Position numbers and translations under genes: made by a program
Assembly (NCBI RefSeq): GCF_009834535.1
Contig: NC_045697.1
Location: forward strand, 92,878,001-92,942,000
Reading direction: 5' to 3'
Origin: Camelus ferus
Lineage: Eukaryota
Length of the DNA stretch: 64,000 bases
The notes under the pieces: generated by a model
What the model was told of the DNA's origin: nothing
Database searches by the model: none
What the model saw: the letters and a program-made list of their open reading frames with translations, nothing else
In this document: piece after piece, positions 13,336 through 26,522 of the stretch
Numbering within the stretch: the first letter of the stretch is position 1
Layout of the letters: each line of letters opens with the position of its first letter

Positions 13336-16300
13336 ATAGTAAAAAAGAATACTACATATCACTGTGCAACAGTATGGATTATTCATTTAAACCCAGTATT
13401 GTGCAAAGGAAACTGAACACAGAAGAATACATACATTCCCTGATATAAAGACTCCAGAACTGTGACATTTGAAGTGGGAAAGAAGGTATGGAGAGTGACT
13501 GGGAGGAAAAATCAAAGAGGTTTGTTGGTTGCTGAGGAGATTTACTCATACACTGAACCATGTCTCTTTGCTTTCATCTCTGTATTTTTTTTTTAATGAA
13601 ATTTTATTCATTTCTTTAATTTCAACTAGCATTCTCATACAGTGATTATCAAATTTAAATTCAGAGATCCATACCATCCAGGGGAGTAAGTCAACAGTAC
13701 AAAAGGCCTTGATCTTTATTCTTTAATCTTTATTTCAGGTTATTGCATTTACCTAATCCCCAGTTCCATCACATGAAAGTATTCCAGCTTTTCAAGGTCA
13801 ATCTCAAATACCTTCCAGGTAAGAGTTCTCTGTGAAATTTTCCTCTATGATCTTTTATTATGCTTAGTTTGTAACCCTTTCTTGATATGTCCCGATTAGC
13901 TGTTTATCTGTCTTCTTAAAAATGAGTTGCAAAAATGCCTTGAAATATACTAATCTTTTATCCACCAAAGTACTGAAATCAATGCTTTAATCAAAATTAA
14001 TGCAAAAAAGTACTTACCAAATTGCACTTATATTGTAGCTATGGTCATGAGCCACCAACCTTCAACTTTGGTAAAAATATTTATGTGTACATTGCTCTTG
14101 GTAATATTTACTATGGAAGGGGAGTTTCAGGTGTGGGAGGGATCAAGCTTCCAGGAGAAGTTCTGAGGGAAATCATGAGCCCCACCTGAACAGAGACCAT
14201 CCAGTACAGCACTAGCTCACAAGGAGTACAAATCACCGAAGCTGTCATCTCTCATGCGTTGATCATCCATTTTGAATAATGGTGGATTGGGTCCCAAGAC
14301 TCTGTCCAGTCCCAGTTCAGTCCAAGTTTGATCTAACTTGAATGAAACCTTGCAATTCTGATAGCTCAGGACACTTACATTTAGATGTCAGAATGGAGAG
14401 TCAGAGATGATGGTAATGGAGGGTACACTGTTGGAAAAAAGGCAGATCCCACCGGTAAAGAAAAATTAAACTAGGCAATTTATAATCTGGTACTTAGGAA
14501 GGCAGTTTAACACCCTGCTTCTATTAAACAGCCTGGTTCTAGTTTTCCCCTTTAAATGAAGATTATTTAGAGCTTTTAGGAAGCAAGGCGAGTTCGTGTA
14601 CTTTCATTATTGATATATTTTCTTCCTATTTCTCTACTAGTATCTAAATCAATGTCCTTTTCTTTTCTGCATCATATAGATGGAAAACATCTTAATAATC
14701 TTCCTGGTCTATAGTTATTCAAAATATAAAGAAGAGGAAACAGCCTTGCCTACTCGGTCACGTACATTATTTACTATATAGAGTTTGAGTTTATTTTCAT
14801 ATTTATTGGGATTTAAAGAGCCACTTATCATTGAGTTTCATTTAGAGCTCCCCTCCAGTCAAACAAGAATGATGCAAATTATTCTACAGTTCTTGCCTCC
14901 ACTTCTAGGAACTCTTTCTCTGAGCTTTCATTTCATTAATTCCTAAACATTTGTCTGATCTTAGATCAGAATTGTCAGTTCCTCATAGGGATTTTTTTCT
15001 AAAATGTGTTACAAATCTATATCTAGGTCAGCTACTCATGTTTTTCTCTCAGATTTTCATGTTTCTCATCTTTCCAAGTCTTAATTACTGTGTATAATCT
15101 ATAAATTTATGCAATGTGTGCCTATTATCCATTTCCTCCACTAGACATCAGCACATACTTCAAGGGTATACGGATGATAATAAGTCTTATTTTAAAAAAA
15201 ATAATCTCCTGGATGTTTTCTTTATATTTTGAAAACAATAACATATATCTATAGTATATAACATTCTATGTATTGCTCTAAGAAAACCCCAGATATGTTA
15301 ATAGCTATATTTGTGTCCTTAACAAAGCCCTGACTCAGAAGCCCTTTACCTGCTCTGGTTCAGTGACCATTACCTCCTATCCCCACCATCTACTGTGATG
15401 GGACAATACCTTACACCTTGTCACCACTCCAATTTGTACTGTTTTCTTCATCTTGAAACCTGAAACCTCAACCAACTTCCTGCAATTCCTTTAAACCTAC
15501 TCTTTAGTCTCATTGGAAATTCCCTTCAAGTTCTTTGTCTCACCTCAGTTCTCTGACTGAAAACATCACCCATCAAAATGACTTCATGCAATTTTCTCTC
15601 CAAGATAATATTGTCAGCCAGTTGAAGAACGTATTCTCTATTATCTTCAAATGCATGAGAGTGGATGTTGAGAAATTTTTAGAGAAAGTGTATTGACATG
15701 TATCAGTAAATTTCATATTGTCTATCTTCAAATGTAATCTCTGTTTCTTTTTAATCACTCAATTTTGGCTTGCTCTAGCCCCTCTTTTCTCGTGCAAGCT
15801 CTGTCTAAACATGGTTACATTCACTATGTCCTTAACTCTATTTCTGGTCTTCTCATTCAATAGCAGCCTAATTTTCAACCATTCTGAGAAATTGAGAAAA
15901 CAGTCCTCAATCTGCTTCCCTTATAACTTTTCTTTTAATTCCTTTCATACATGTGTTATATTTATATATAAATATTATTAGCATATGATATGCAACATAT
16001 AATTTATATATTATAGTTTAACATATTATGTCTGTGCATATATAAAACTAACAACTGTGTTACTGTATTCCCCTTTTCTGGCTAATTCTACACTATATGT
16101 CTGTATTTTCTGTTAATGCTTTCCTTATTCATATCTTTTAGAGCCAGTTGTGAAAAATTATCTTTTCTCCAGTGTACACATCTTTTTTTCTTCACTTTAA
16201 AATAAAAACAAACTAATAAGGCACCTCCCTTTGAATATGAAAATCTCTTTCACTTCTTTACTCTCACTTTCTGTCCCTGCCTTTTATACCTCAAGTGTTC

Positions 16301-17442
16301 CTCTCAAAAATCGTAGAGGCATTTTGATAACTGAACTGGAAAACCCTTGAAGCTAATCTTCTTTAATTTTTTTTTCTTGTATACGAGAAATAAAGATCCT
16401 AAAAGTTAAGAGATTTTCTCAATATCACATGACTAGTTATGATCACAACTGAGAACAGACCTAGATTTTCAAAATAAAAAATTCAGTTTCCTTTCTTCCA
16501 TCAAGAAATTTCTTCTCCACCCACCCTTTTATCTCTTGAAGTTCAGTTTTTTACACTTATCCTACTTAACGTAGACTAAAATATTTTACTCCTACTTCTT
16601 TTCTTCCAAACACTCCCTGCTTTTTGTTACTATTGCAACTTAATAGTCCCTGACCTCATGAAATCTCACCTGTGCAATTACCCAAAGGCTATAAAAATAA
16701 GCTTCAAAGTGATATATCAGTTATGTATTTTTACTGACTTCCAAGGTCAAGCCATGCTATGCACTGTGGTGGATTTACTTTTGTAAAAGTGAGCTCTATT
16801 CAAAGTATGTCCTTAATTACTCTACTAAGTGAAAATACAGTTAAGTTTACTACATCCTCCATCTATTGAGGACCTTACGACATGTCAAACTTAAGTGATC
16901 CTAAAGTTCTGCCACTGAGAAATAATTGAAGAGAAAGAGATGTCTTTGAATAGATAATAAAGAGTCCTTACTGTATCATAGGGTTAAAATTATTAGCATA
17001 TTGCATTTGAGAGGAGATTTAGTGAACAAATACACCTGTATTGTCTGCTCATCACCCGTGGGATTTGGTGAGAATTCCTCACTATGGTCTTCAGAAAACA
17101 CCACAGTATGACTAAAACCTTAATTTTCAAATTTACTTTGAATTTTATATTAAGGATGTGTAAAAGTGAGAAAGATATACTCAGTTTTCTTTAAAAAGAA
17201 AAAAAGAGGGAGAGCAAGAGAGCCGTTTTTATATTATAATCACAAAGTGCAGGAAAAGAAAAACTGGTTCAAATAAGCAAGTTGATACCACTTGAAAAAC
17301 TTATTTCCTTAAACGGTGGAAAGTCCCGAGAGTTCTAATATTCAGCAAATGGCCCAAAGAAGTAGTTGAAGCGCAGAGGCAGGAAGGATTACAGAGCTAC
17401 AGCATGGGGTGAGAGAAGAGAATTGTTCCCTTCCCTTCCCAC

Positions 17443-18077
17443 TGAGACAGGAGAGAAGGGGGCAGGGCATCGCCGCTGAAAGAATGACACAGCAGTTAGC
17501 ACCAAGGCAGTGGCTGATTCAGCTTTCTGTAGACCTTGAGCTTCAATATGCAGCTCATTGAAATACAATAGCTGCTAAATGGCCCTCCCACAGGCTCCAG
17601 GACAGTTTTAAGGCTGACCCTAAAAGGTCAAAGGGTGGGTGATTGCCTAATTCCTGGAACTCCACCTCCTTTCCCTAAGTAGTTGGAATAATTCGCCCAC
17701 TTGTTAGCATACAAAGTTAGCGAGCCCATGAAACCCAGCAACACCTCACCTCTGGTCTCTCTCCCTTCTGGGGGATGGGGGGAGAGAGAGAGAGAGACTG
17801 AAAGCCAGCCCGCACTCTGTCTGTGGAGTGTGTATCTACTTTTACTTTAACCTGAGCTCCCAATCCCCACACCTCGTGGCCTTTCTCTTGCCTTCTGAAA
17901 CAGCCTGCACTCTATGCAGTATCTCTCTAAATAAATCTGCCTTTACTCTATGGTGGCTCGCTCTTGAATTTGTTCTTGTGCGAAGCCAAGGACCCACACT
18001 TGGTGGGGCGGGTCTCAGGGACTCAGCAGAGACCTGGGACACGTCCATCCTCTCACACCCCACATTTTCCTGCATCA
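17443..18077 (+). mobile_element. ERV1-type solo LTR (copy A)
   Basis: TG...CA termini; 4-bp flanks ccac/ccat (TSD with 1 mismatch); AATAAA at ~17930; clearly homologous to 53586-54229. Confidence 0.92.
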
Positions 18078-19422
18078 CCATCTCCAATCTTAGGCAGAGG
18101 CAAAGATTCTTAACATTTCACTCTGTATCTCCTCCAGCACATTTCCATTTATACAAAAAAAAAAAAAAGTGGTTCTTATAGAAGAACCAAGTTCAAATGA
18201 GAAGGAAACAAAAAAGGAAAGGCTGAGTCTTCATCACTCTACCTCTAGCTGTGAAAATGATTGATGTTTTTAAAGCTCTCAAGGAGCAGCTGCAGTTGCT
18301 GTTTCACAACAAAAAAGAAAGAAGGCCAGGGAATGATGTGGCAAAATCATTTTCCCACAATAAATAAGGAGAGGGTTATGCTAGGCAAGAATAATACAGT
18401 AAATAGAGTGGATCCGTGAAAGAAAGGGAGCAGTTATGGCCCGGAGAGCCTGCAAGAGAGCTTGGCCGCAGGGCTCCACAAACTGCAGCCACCACAGAGG
18501 AAAAGCCATTCCCTAGTCCTGCTTCATTATGTGACTAATAGATCTTCGGATCCCCGAAGACCTGTTTCCCCCATTTACGGTAATGAGCAATCCCAACCTC
18601 AATCGTTTAATGCTTCCTACTTGACCCGAGGTTTCAGTTATGAGGCCTGAAGGAGGCACAAGGTGGGTATTGTGGGAGAGCAATCAAGAAAATGTAGTTA
18701 AAGCCTGGATTTAATTTTTTAAAAGGAGGAAAAAATAAGAAAAATAATGTTTTCCGAGGAGCAGGGAGTATAGCAGTACTAAAAATATAGATAGCCAATT
18801 TAGAAACATGGGAAGTATTTTTGAGGTAAAAGAAAAACAGATTTTGATGGTTTCATTTGTAGATTATTTCAGGTGTTTCATCGTTTGGATGTTCAAATGA
18901 ATAGTATGACATGTTAGCATGTTTGTGAAGCAAAACGAGTTGGAAAAGGGTGGAGCCAGGGCCCTGGGGATTAAGCTTAACTGAGGCCTATTTTTTTTTT
19001 ATAACCAGCCCTGTAATGGCTGATCTTCACCCATGATGGTCATTGTGAGGGAAATTATATTACATGATTTCTGCTTTAAAGAATTGAGGTAAAAACAAGC
19101 ATGTTTCCCTATGTGTGCTGCTGTTTTCAATAAACCTATTCAAAATATATGCTTGAGAGATTAAGATTAATGTTCTCCAGTGATAATAACAGCACATATT
19201 TTTGGAATTATTATATCAATCAGTGTCCATACAGTGCTTTGAATAACACTTGGCATGCATTAGATACTCAATACATTTTTGTTGTATTTAATATTATGTT
19301 AGATTTCTGTGATAACTTTTTTGAACAAATCAGAAATTAACTAAACCATTCATCTCCTCAAGCAGATTGTAGTTTTAAAAAGGAAATTATATGTGTATGC
19401 ATGTACAAATACATGTAGGGAT

Positions 19423-19462
19423 GTGTCTGTGTCTGTGTGTGTGTGTGTGTGTGTATGTGTGT
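19423..19462. repeat. Imperfect (GT)n microsatellite
   Basis: Seen directly. Confidence 0.9.
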
Positions 19463-20349
19463 ACAAGCTCTATAATAAAAAGAAAAAAATACCATATGAA
19501 AGCAAGAGCAGTGCTGGCCAAATTCAGTGAGGATTCAGTGGAGGTTTGAGATTACATTTGTGGGGAATTTGAGATTAGGAGATCAACAGCATAAAAGCTA
19601 GAAATTTAAGACTGGGTTGGATTTAAGGAGCTACACTGGGGCAGGGTATTTATTCCAGGCTGAAGGAACATTAAACACATTGAGTTAAGGCATGAGGAAA
19701 ATGGGAAATACATTGAAATCTGCAAAAAAAAAAAAAAAAAAAAAAAAGCAAATTGGAAAAGTCAAGAGTTTATGATAACAAAAAATGTTAAATAACCCTA
19801 GTTATTTGGAGGTTAGGAAAGATCGTAAAGGATACTTATTCTCAGAAAGTAGCTTGAACTTATCTGTGATGATGCAACACACTGAAAGTTTTTACAGGCC
19901 ATGAATTTTGGTCTTTCTTGTAATGAGCTATTTGCTACATGTATGCAATAAAGAATAAGATGTACTAGAAGTAAATGAGACAAATGAATATATGGCATCC
20001 ATAAATTTATAAACTCAATTTCAAACTGACTTTATTATATTTTTTCCTATGTACAAGAGTAATGCCATGTAAACTTTGTACACAGCTCTAATTTCAGTGC
20101 CTAGAAGATTATTTCTTGAATGAATATACAGAATATAGAGGCAGGCTTAAGTGAAATAAAGAGAAGCCATGATAGAGGGTCTATGACCATTTATTAATGA
20201 TTTCCTTTCTTCTCTACTGAACCGTGACCTGCATAAGGAAAAGAGTGCACTTACTGTGACTGACATTTTCTCCCCAGTTCCTAACAGGTTCTAATCCACA
20301 GTACTGCTAGAAAAATACTTACTGAGCAAACACATTTTCATTAGTATGA

Positions 20350-21180
20350 TTATACTCTATAAGAAGCTTTTTTAAATTGCTGAATATTTTATCTTGAGAT
20401 TCTTACATATATATGTACCAATGTATACATGCATAATGCAGGTCTATAGCATAATTTTTAATGGTAGAAAAGTCTTTCATTTTATAAAATTATCAGAATT
20501 GGTTTAATAAGCTATTGCAGATACTTTAGATAATTTTAACTATGTGATGTGTATCCATATTGAACAACTATAAATTATATGAGATAATATATGCCTAAAG
20601 CAAAATTTATGGAACAGTGTATGCATACACAATGTCTTAATACATATTATTAAATTATTCTAATGCTTTTTGCATATGTTTAGAACCGTATGAATGAGTC
20701 TGTTTTCCCACACCCTTGACTTTCTCAGATATATAGTTATTTTTATCTTTGCCAAACTGATAGGCAAATAAAGGTTATCTATTTTTAAGTTTGGTGATTA
20801 ATATGCTTAAACACACTCAATACATTTATTGAGATTTTATTTTATTTTTCGAATTGAATATTTATGGCTTTCATTCAATTTCCAATTGCTTTTCTTCCTT
20901 TTCTTGATATATTTGTAAGCAAAATACTTACATTAAACACTAACATTTTATGCCATAGTCAATGTAATGTGAAGAACTTTTTTTTCAATGTGATATGAAG
21001 ATGTGACTTTTTCTAGTTTCTCAATTGACTATGACTTTATATTTTTATATGTAATTTTTGAGTTATCAGGGGCAAATGATTTGTCTTTTCCTTTATACTT
21101 CCTCAGCTTTGCATATTACTCTTACGCTAATTGTTACATTATAAACAGAGGTGATTTTTGCTCTACAATGGTTTTTATTT
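20350..21180 (-). mobile_element. Highly decayed old L1 (L1ME-like) fragment
   Basis: tgtatgaatgagtctgttttcccacacccttgac...tttttatctttgccaaactgataggcaaa, typical antisense L1M ORF2-end text. Confidence 0.65.
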
Positions 21181-21245
21181 TTCCTCTCCAGCAAAACGTT
21201 CTTCTCTTTACCTCATCCAAGCAGACAGACTTTTCTATGCCCAAA

Positions 21246-22090
21246 TGTAAGGGATACTGTAACACACTAATAGAATACAAGTGTTTTTCTCCGACTTTTG
21301 TGATGAGAAGACCTAGGCCATTAAGGTGATGTCCAGGTCAAAGTCATGGAAAAAAGTAGGTTTTTTCCCATCTTCTGCCCTACAACAAAAGAGAATAATC
21401 TCTGCTTGGGAGGGTTGTGGGATTGATGGAGGGGAAATAATGAAAACTTAGGAAAGGAACTCTATGGTGTATATACTATAGAAGGCCTGGGATTTGGCAA
21501 ACACCCCTAAATGACTTTGGTGAACCAGATCTGAATGCAAAAAGAATACATGATACATTTTCCAAGCAAAGCCTAATGGAGGTTGGGGTAAACTCAAAAC
21601 TGAAATGGTACCTGGCATATATAAGCAGGAAAGGGCTCAAGAAAGCCTCATGGCCTGGTAACTTTTACTCTCAACATTCACAGGGCTTGCCGCTGGACTA
21701 TTGTAGGGTACCAAAAACTAGCATAAAAATAGAAGAAATGGTTCTTAGACCTGTAGGGTCCATGAAGCGGGAATGAACAGCAAGTATGCAGTCAGTTTTA
21801 AGGACTCACTAACTGAGGACCAGCTGAGTGGTGGATGCTGGGTAGGGACCTCTGTCATCATTTGACATTAGGGAAATACCTGAGCTCCTTTGAAAATGTA
21901 GCACCCCTCAAACACCATCCCCTACTCCAAACTTAGATGCAAACCTACTTCATAGAAGAAGGATCTCAAAATGATTGAGGTTATTTTTCTAGCAAACTGC
22001 TGATCAGGAGCTTGAAATGATAATAAAATTGATTCATAAATAATTCAGTAGTTGCATATCTGACTTTGTGAACAAAAATTTACCCTTACT
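21246..22090 (+). mobile_element. Ancient LTR-like element (possibly mammalian Gypsy-type LTR)
   Basis: Begins tgtaaggg (21246) and ends cccttact (22083-22090), an inverted terminal match of 7/8; AATAAA at ~22022, about 60 bp before the end. Confidence 0.5.
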
Positions 22091-22163
22091 ATGGTCACAA
22101 AGAAAGTAAAACCATCAACCTATCATTTTTCTAATACCTTTGTCAAATCTGCTTTTAAATTTA

Positions 22164-23095
22164 TTGCTTTTATTTTTATTTTTTTAAATTGAAGTACAGT
22201 TTACAATTTTGTGTTAATTTTGGTGTACAACATAGTGATACGTGTGTGTATGTGTTTATATTATATATGTATTCCTTTTCATATTCTTTTTAATTATAGG
22301 CTATTACAAGGTATTAAATAGAGTCCCCTGTGCAATACACTAAGACCTGGTTATTTATTTTATATATATTAGTATCTGCAAATCCTGAACACCCAATTTA
22401 TCCCTCCACCCTCCCTTTTCCCCCCACATATATATACATATATAACCATATATAGGTATATTTTAATGTCTGTGAGTCTGTTTCAGTTTTGTAAATAAAT
22501 TCATGTACATCATTTTTTTTTTACATTCCACATATAAGTGATATCATATGGTATTTTCTTTCTCTTTCTGGCTTACTTCATTTAGTATGATAATCTCTGG
22601 GTCCATCCATGTTGCTGCAAATGGCATTATTTTATTCTTTTTTATGGCCAAGTAGTATTCCATTGTATAAATATACCACAGCTTCTTTATCCAGTGATTC
22701 ATTGATTGACATTCACATTGCTTCCATGTGTTGGCTGTTATAAATAGTACTTCTATGAACATTGGGGTGAATGTTTCTTTTCAAATTAGGGTTTCCTCCG
22801 ATATATACTGGAATGGGACTGCTGGATCATATGGTAAGTCTATTTTTAGTTTTTTAAGGAATCTCCATGTTTTCCATAGTGGCTTCACCAATTTTCATTT
22901 CCACCAACAGTGTAGGAGTGTTCCCCTTTCTCCACATCCTCTCCAGCATTTATTATTTTTTGACTTTTGAATGATGGCCATTCTGACAGGTGTGAGATGA
23001 TGCCTCATTGTAGTTTTGATTTGTATTTCTGTGATAATTAGCAATATTGAGCATTTTTTCATGTGCCTGTTGGTCATTTGTATGCCTTCATTGGA
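22164..23095 (-). mobile_element. Lineage-recent LINE-1, 5' truncated (ORF2 C-terminus + 3' UTR)
   Basis: 14-bp TSD tgcttttaaattta at 22150-22163 and 23096-23109; T-rich tail on the left; ORF2 peptides RHMKKCS...HLTPVRMA...[16 protein letters not shown] and WIKKLWYIYTMEYY..IKKNKIMPFAATWMD. Confidence 0.97.
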
Positions 23096-23610
23096 TGCTT
23101 TTAAATTTAAGTACTTGAATGTATTTATTTGAATTTATTTTTGTGAAAGAATGAAGGGAGAATCTTAAAGTTATAAAGAAAAAGCATTCGTGAGTACTGG
23201 GGAATGTACCCTTCCCAATGCATGTGTACTGCTTAGATTTCAGCTTTGTTTGCTCCCCCAGTTCTGAGTGAGCCAGTCTCAAGGAGGAAATACTGTATTA
23301 GAATGAAACCCCCAGTTTGTATTATTTCTGATGGTCAAATTACAAATGGTTAAGTTACAAATTAGTAAGGTTATTTTCCTTACAAAGGTTCTGTTTTTAC
23401 TGACTCTCTGGATTTCAATAATTACTCTTATCTCTGGTCCTTTATCTTTCCTGCTAGGACAGGATGTTTATGCAAAAATATTCAACATGTGGATGCAAGG
23501 TTTTTTCTTTAGTTTTGATGTTATTACTCACCCACTGGGGTAGAAAGGCTTAGAAATGGCTGTTCTCAGTAGCTCCAGTACTGTTCCCAGAACTTCACTT
23601 CTTTTTATTA

Positions 23611-23877
23611 CAGGTCCACAGTCCTTTATTTGCATTTCTGAAATCCATCAGTACCTTAAGAGTGATTTCTTGGGGGTAATTCATTTACATATCTGACATA
23701 AACTTTAATTTAAATGAAGATTTTTATGTTGTTTACATTTTTCCTACAGTTACTATCCCCAATCCTACTGGGGATGTTATAAAACATACTGTATATTAAG
23801 TCTTTTGCTTATTTAAATTGGAAATATTCTGAGTTTTCAAAGACAAGTGTATCAAAAGTTTTCAGAATGTGGACCTG
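23611..23877. mobile_element. Non-autonomous Tc1/mariner (Tigger-like) DNA transposon
   Basis: Perfect 10-bp terminal inverted repeats caggtccaca/tgtggacctg flanked by TA on both sides. Confidence 0.85.
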
Positions 23878-26232
23878 TACGTATTGGGCTATATTACAGT
23901 GATCCTTTCAGAAATTGTTCCACTTGCATGTCTGCTCATTTGCTGGGCTCTCAAACAGGGTTATATGCTGATTTCTGCTCTTCTCTTCCCAATTACTCAA
24001 AATCATACTGTATAGGTCATGTGTATTACGGTTTGTGGTATTTTAGGTTTGCTTTGGTTCATTATAGTTGGTTATAGGGGAGGGGGTAGTTTCTGGGGAG
24101 GTCATATTTCTGGCCATAACTATTTTAGCAATTTTCATGAAAAGTTCTTAGAATTGACTCCCAGAAAAATCTTTTTGAATAAAATAGAGGGAGTGAATTG
24201 GAGAGGAACAAGAAAATGTAGAAATATCATTTAATGTTTCCAGCAGTTAGTGAATCAAGTGAAAGTGCAAATTCTACTTACACTCGAGGGCTCTGCATTA
24301 GAAAAGTATATATATTTTTTACTGTTGCTTTTCAACTTGGAATTCTGGCCTGATGAATCTTCTTGTTACTAGGTTCTTTTCTGCACAGAGCTAGCTGTTG
24401 GGTCTGGGGATCCAATCTGCAGTCTGTGCTTGGATAACCAAATGGTGCAAATAACCCAGATGTTTTATGAGATCTGAAATTAAATAACTATGCAAAATAT
24501 TTCTTTGTAGGTAAATAATGATCTACATTAGAGTAAATGATTTCAGTCTGCACCATGTGCTTTCAAATTCTGTTTTATGCTCCTTTCAAGTAAAAATATG
24601 AAAAATGCTGCACTGAGATCTGTAATGATACTGAATATAGTTTTCTGGATAGTTTCAGTGATCCCGCTGAGGCACATTCTCTGCACTATCTTTGCCGAAG
24701 CAATAGGTTTGCTTCTCATTAGTTAGGAGAGACAAGTGTTTTTCACCACACCATGGAACTTTCATCTCAAAAAGACAAGGCAAGGAGTCACACAGCTATA
24801 GGTTAACCCTGACGTCCACTGACAGTACTGGCTTTGTCGGGAGATGGAGTAGTGATCATACACTCCCTAGTAGGCTCTGGGGAGGAATCTCTGCTTAAGA
24901 GTAGGTTGGAGTGGTTCATTAATAGCACACCTGTCCAAACAAATAACAAGCCCTGAAAGTAGGAAGCCATTGCTTTTAACTCACCTAAGCTCAAACTCTA
25001 AGAGTAAGAGTTTTGCTTTCTAAATTCCACATACAAGATTAAAGGTAAAGACCATATAAAATGTTACCAAATGACTTCCCACTCAAGGGGAATTTGAATC
25101 TGTGTAACTGGAGTGATCTTAATTATGTTAGATGTGAATTTACAGAATAGCTGACAGAATATACAACAATGCAATACATATTTACTTAATACATCAATTT
25201 TAAATAAACCTTATATGATGAATAAAATTTAGAGATATGAATGAGAAAAAAACATGATTTTATTTTATTTCCCAAGCCCTTTAAGTGTTCATTTTTTTTC
25301 TGACAGATTAATGATATTCATCCAAGAAAAGTTTTATAGCTTAAGATGAGGAAAAATTATTAAAATTTGACAAAGTGAAACTCATTTACTTCTGGATTGA
25401 TCACAATTTCATGTGACTACTTGAATGAATCAGTCAATCAGTCAATCTTTCTGTCTCTCTCTCTTTCCTTTCACTTTTTAAAAGTCTTACCTAAGTTCTC
25501 ATTGTTGTCACCTCTGCATCCTATCTAACATACTGCATGAGGATTACTAAGAAAGTGCCACGCATTTTGAATACTTTTGCACATTTTCTACATCAGACCA
25601 TCAATCCTTACCTAAGATCCTGTTTCTCTTTCACCCTTATGGACTCCAAACTACTACTTTATTGATGCCTCCATGGAATCCTTTTCATGCCAGATACAAT
25701 TAGTGTGGTCAAGATTTTGTTTTTTATATCTACATGGGTTTTTAGCATATTTATGTATAATGTTTATCATATAGTGTTTTACTTATCTCTCTGTATTTCT
25801 GTCCATCCCATGCATACCATGATTTCAGAGAAGGAACAAACCATATTCCCAACTTTTACTCATTTTTTAACCACAGATCCCAGCCTATGATGTGGCATAA
25901 TTATGAAGCTCAACAAATTAATATTACAGAAAGCTTTAAGCTATTTTAGTAAACTTTCAACCTGATATAATATTGTGCTTCAAATAAACTGAAAAGCACT
26001 TAATACCTATGTAATCAAAAATAAATTATATATGGTAGAATTTGCCAATTATGATTTAAATAATTACTGTAAATGCACTTTTAAGTGGCATTTTAAATTG
26101 CAAAAATATGAATCTATACTTTGAGACTTCAAATTATTTTCAGTAAATTATATGCTATTTGTGACTGATAATCCATGAAAATTTCCCTCAATGTGTTTAT
26201 TTGAAACAGCTCTCTGCCATTTTCAGATAAAG

Positions 26233-26280
26233 CAATAACAATAACAACAACAACAACAACAATAATAATAATAACAACAA
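26233..26280. repeat. Compound (AAC)n/(AAT)n microsatellite
   Basis: Seen directly. Confidence 0.9.
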
Positions 26281-26289
26281 TCAATTACC

Positions 26290-26522
26290 AATGATAAAGG
26301 GCATAATAGAAGCCAAACTCAGTGCCAAAAGTCACTTATAGTTTCTTATTTAATTACTACAACCACCCTGTGATGCTAGTGCTGTTTACCTGTCTCACAG
26401 ATTTGGAACCGAGGTACAGAGAAGTGGGGTTCAGTAGTCAGACTAAAGTCAAAGTGGTGATGACTAGGGGGTCCAGGTTTCAAAAATAGACATTTAGATG
26501 CCAGAGCTTTTGCTGTTAGCCA
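26290..26522 (-). mobile_element. MIR SINE
   Basis: acaaccaccctgtgatg...tcacagatttggaaccgaggtacagaga...ccaggtttcaaa...gccagagcttttgct. Confidence 0.8.

Noticed and set aside
17828..18181. 117-aa ORF and overlapping antisense ORF
   Set aside because: Lie mostly within the LTR R/U5 region; chance frames
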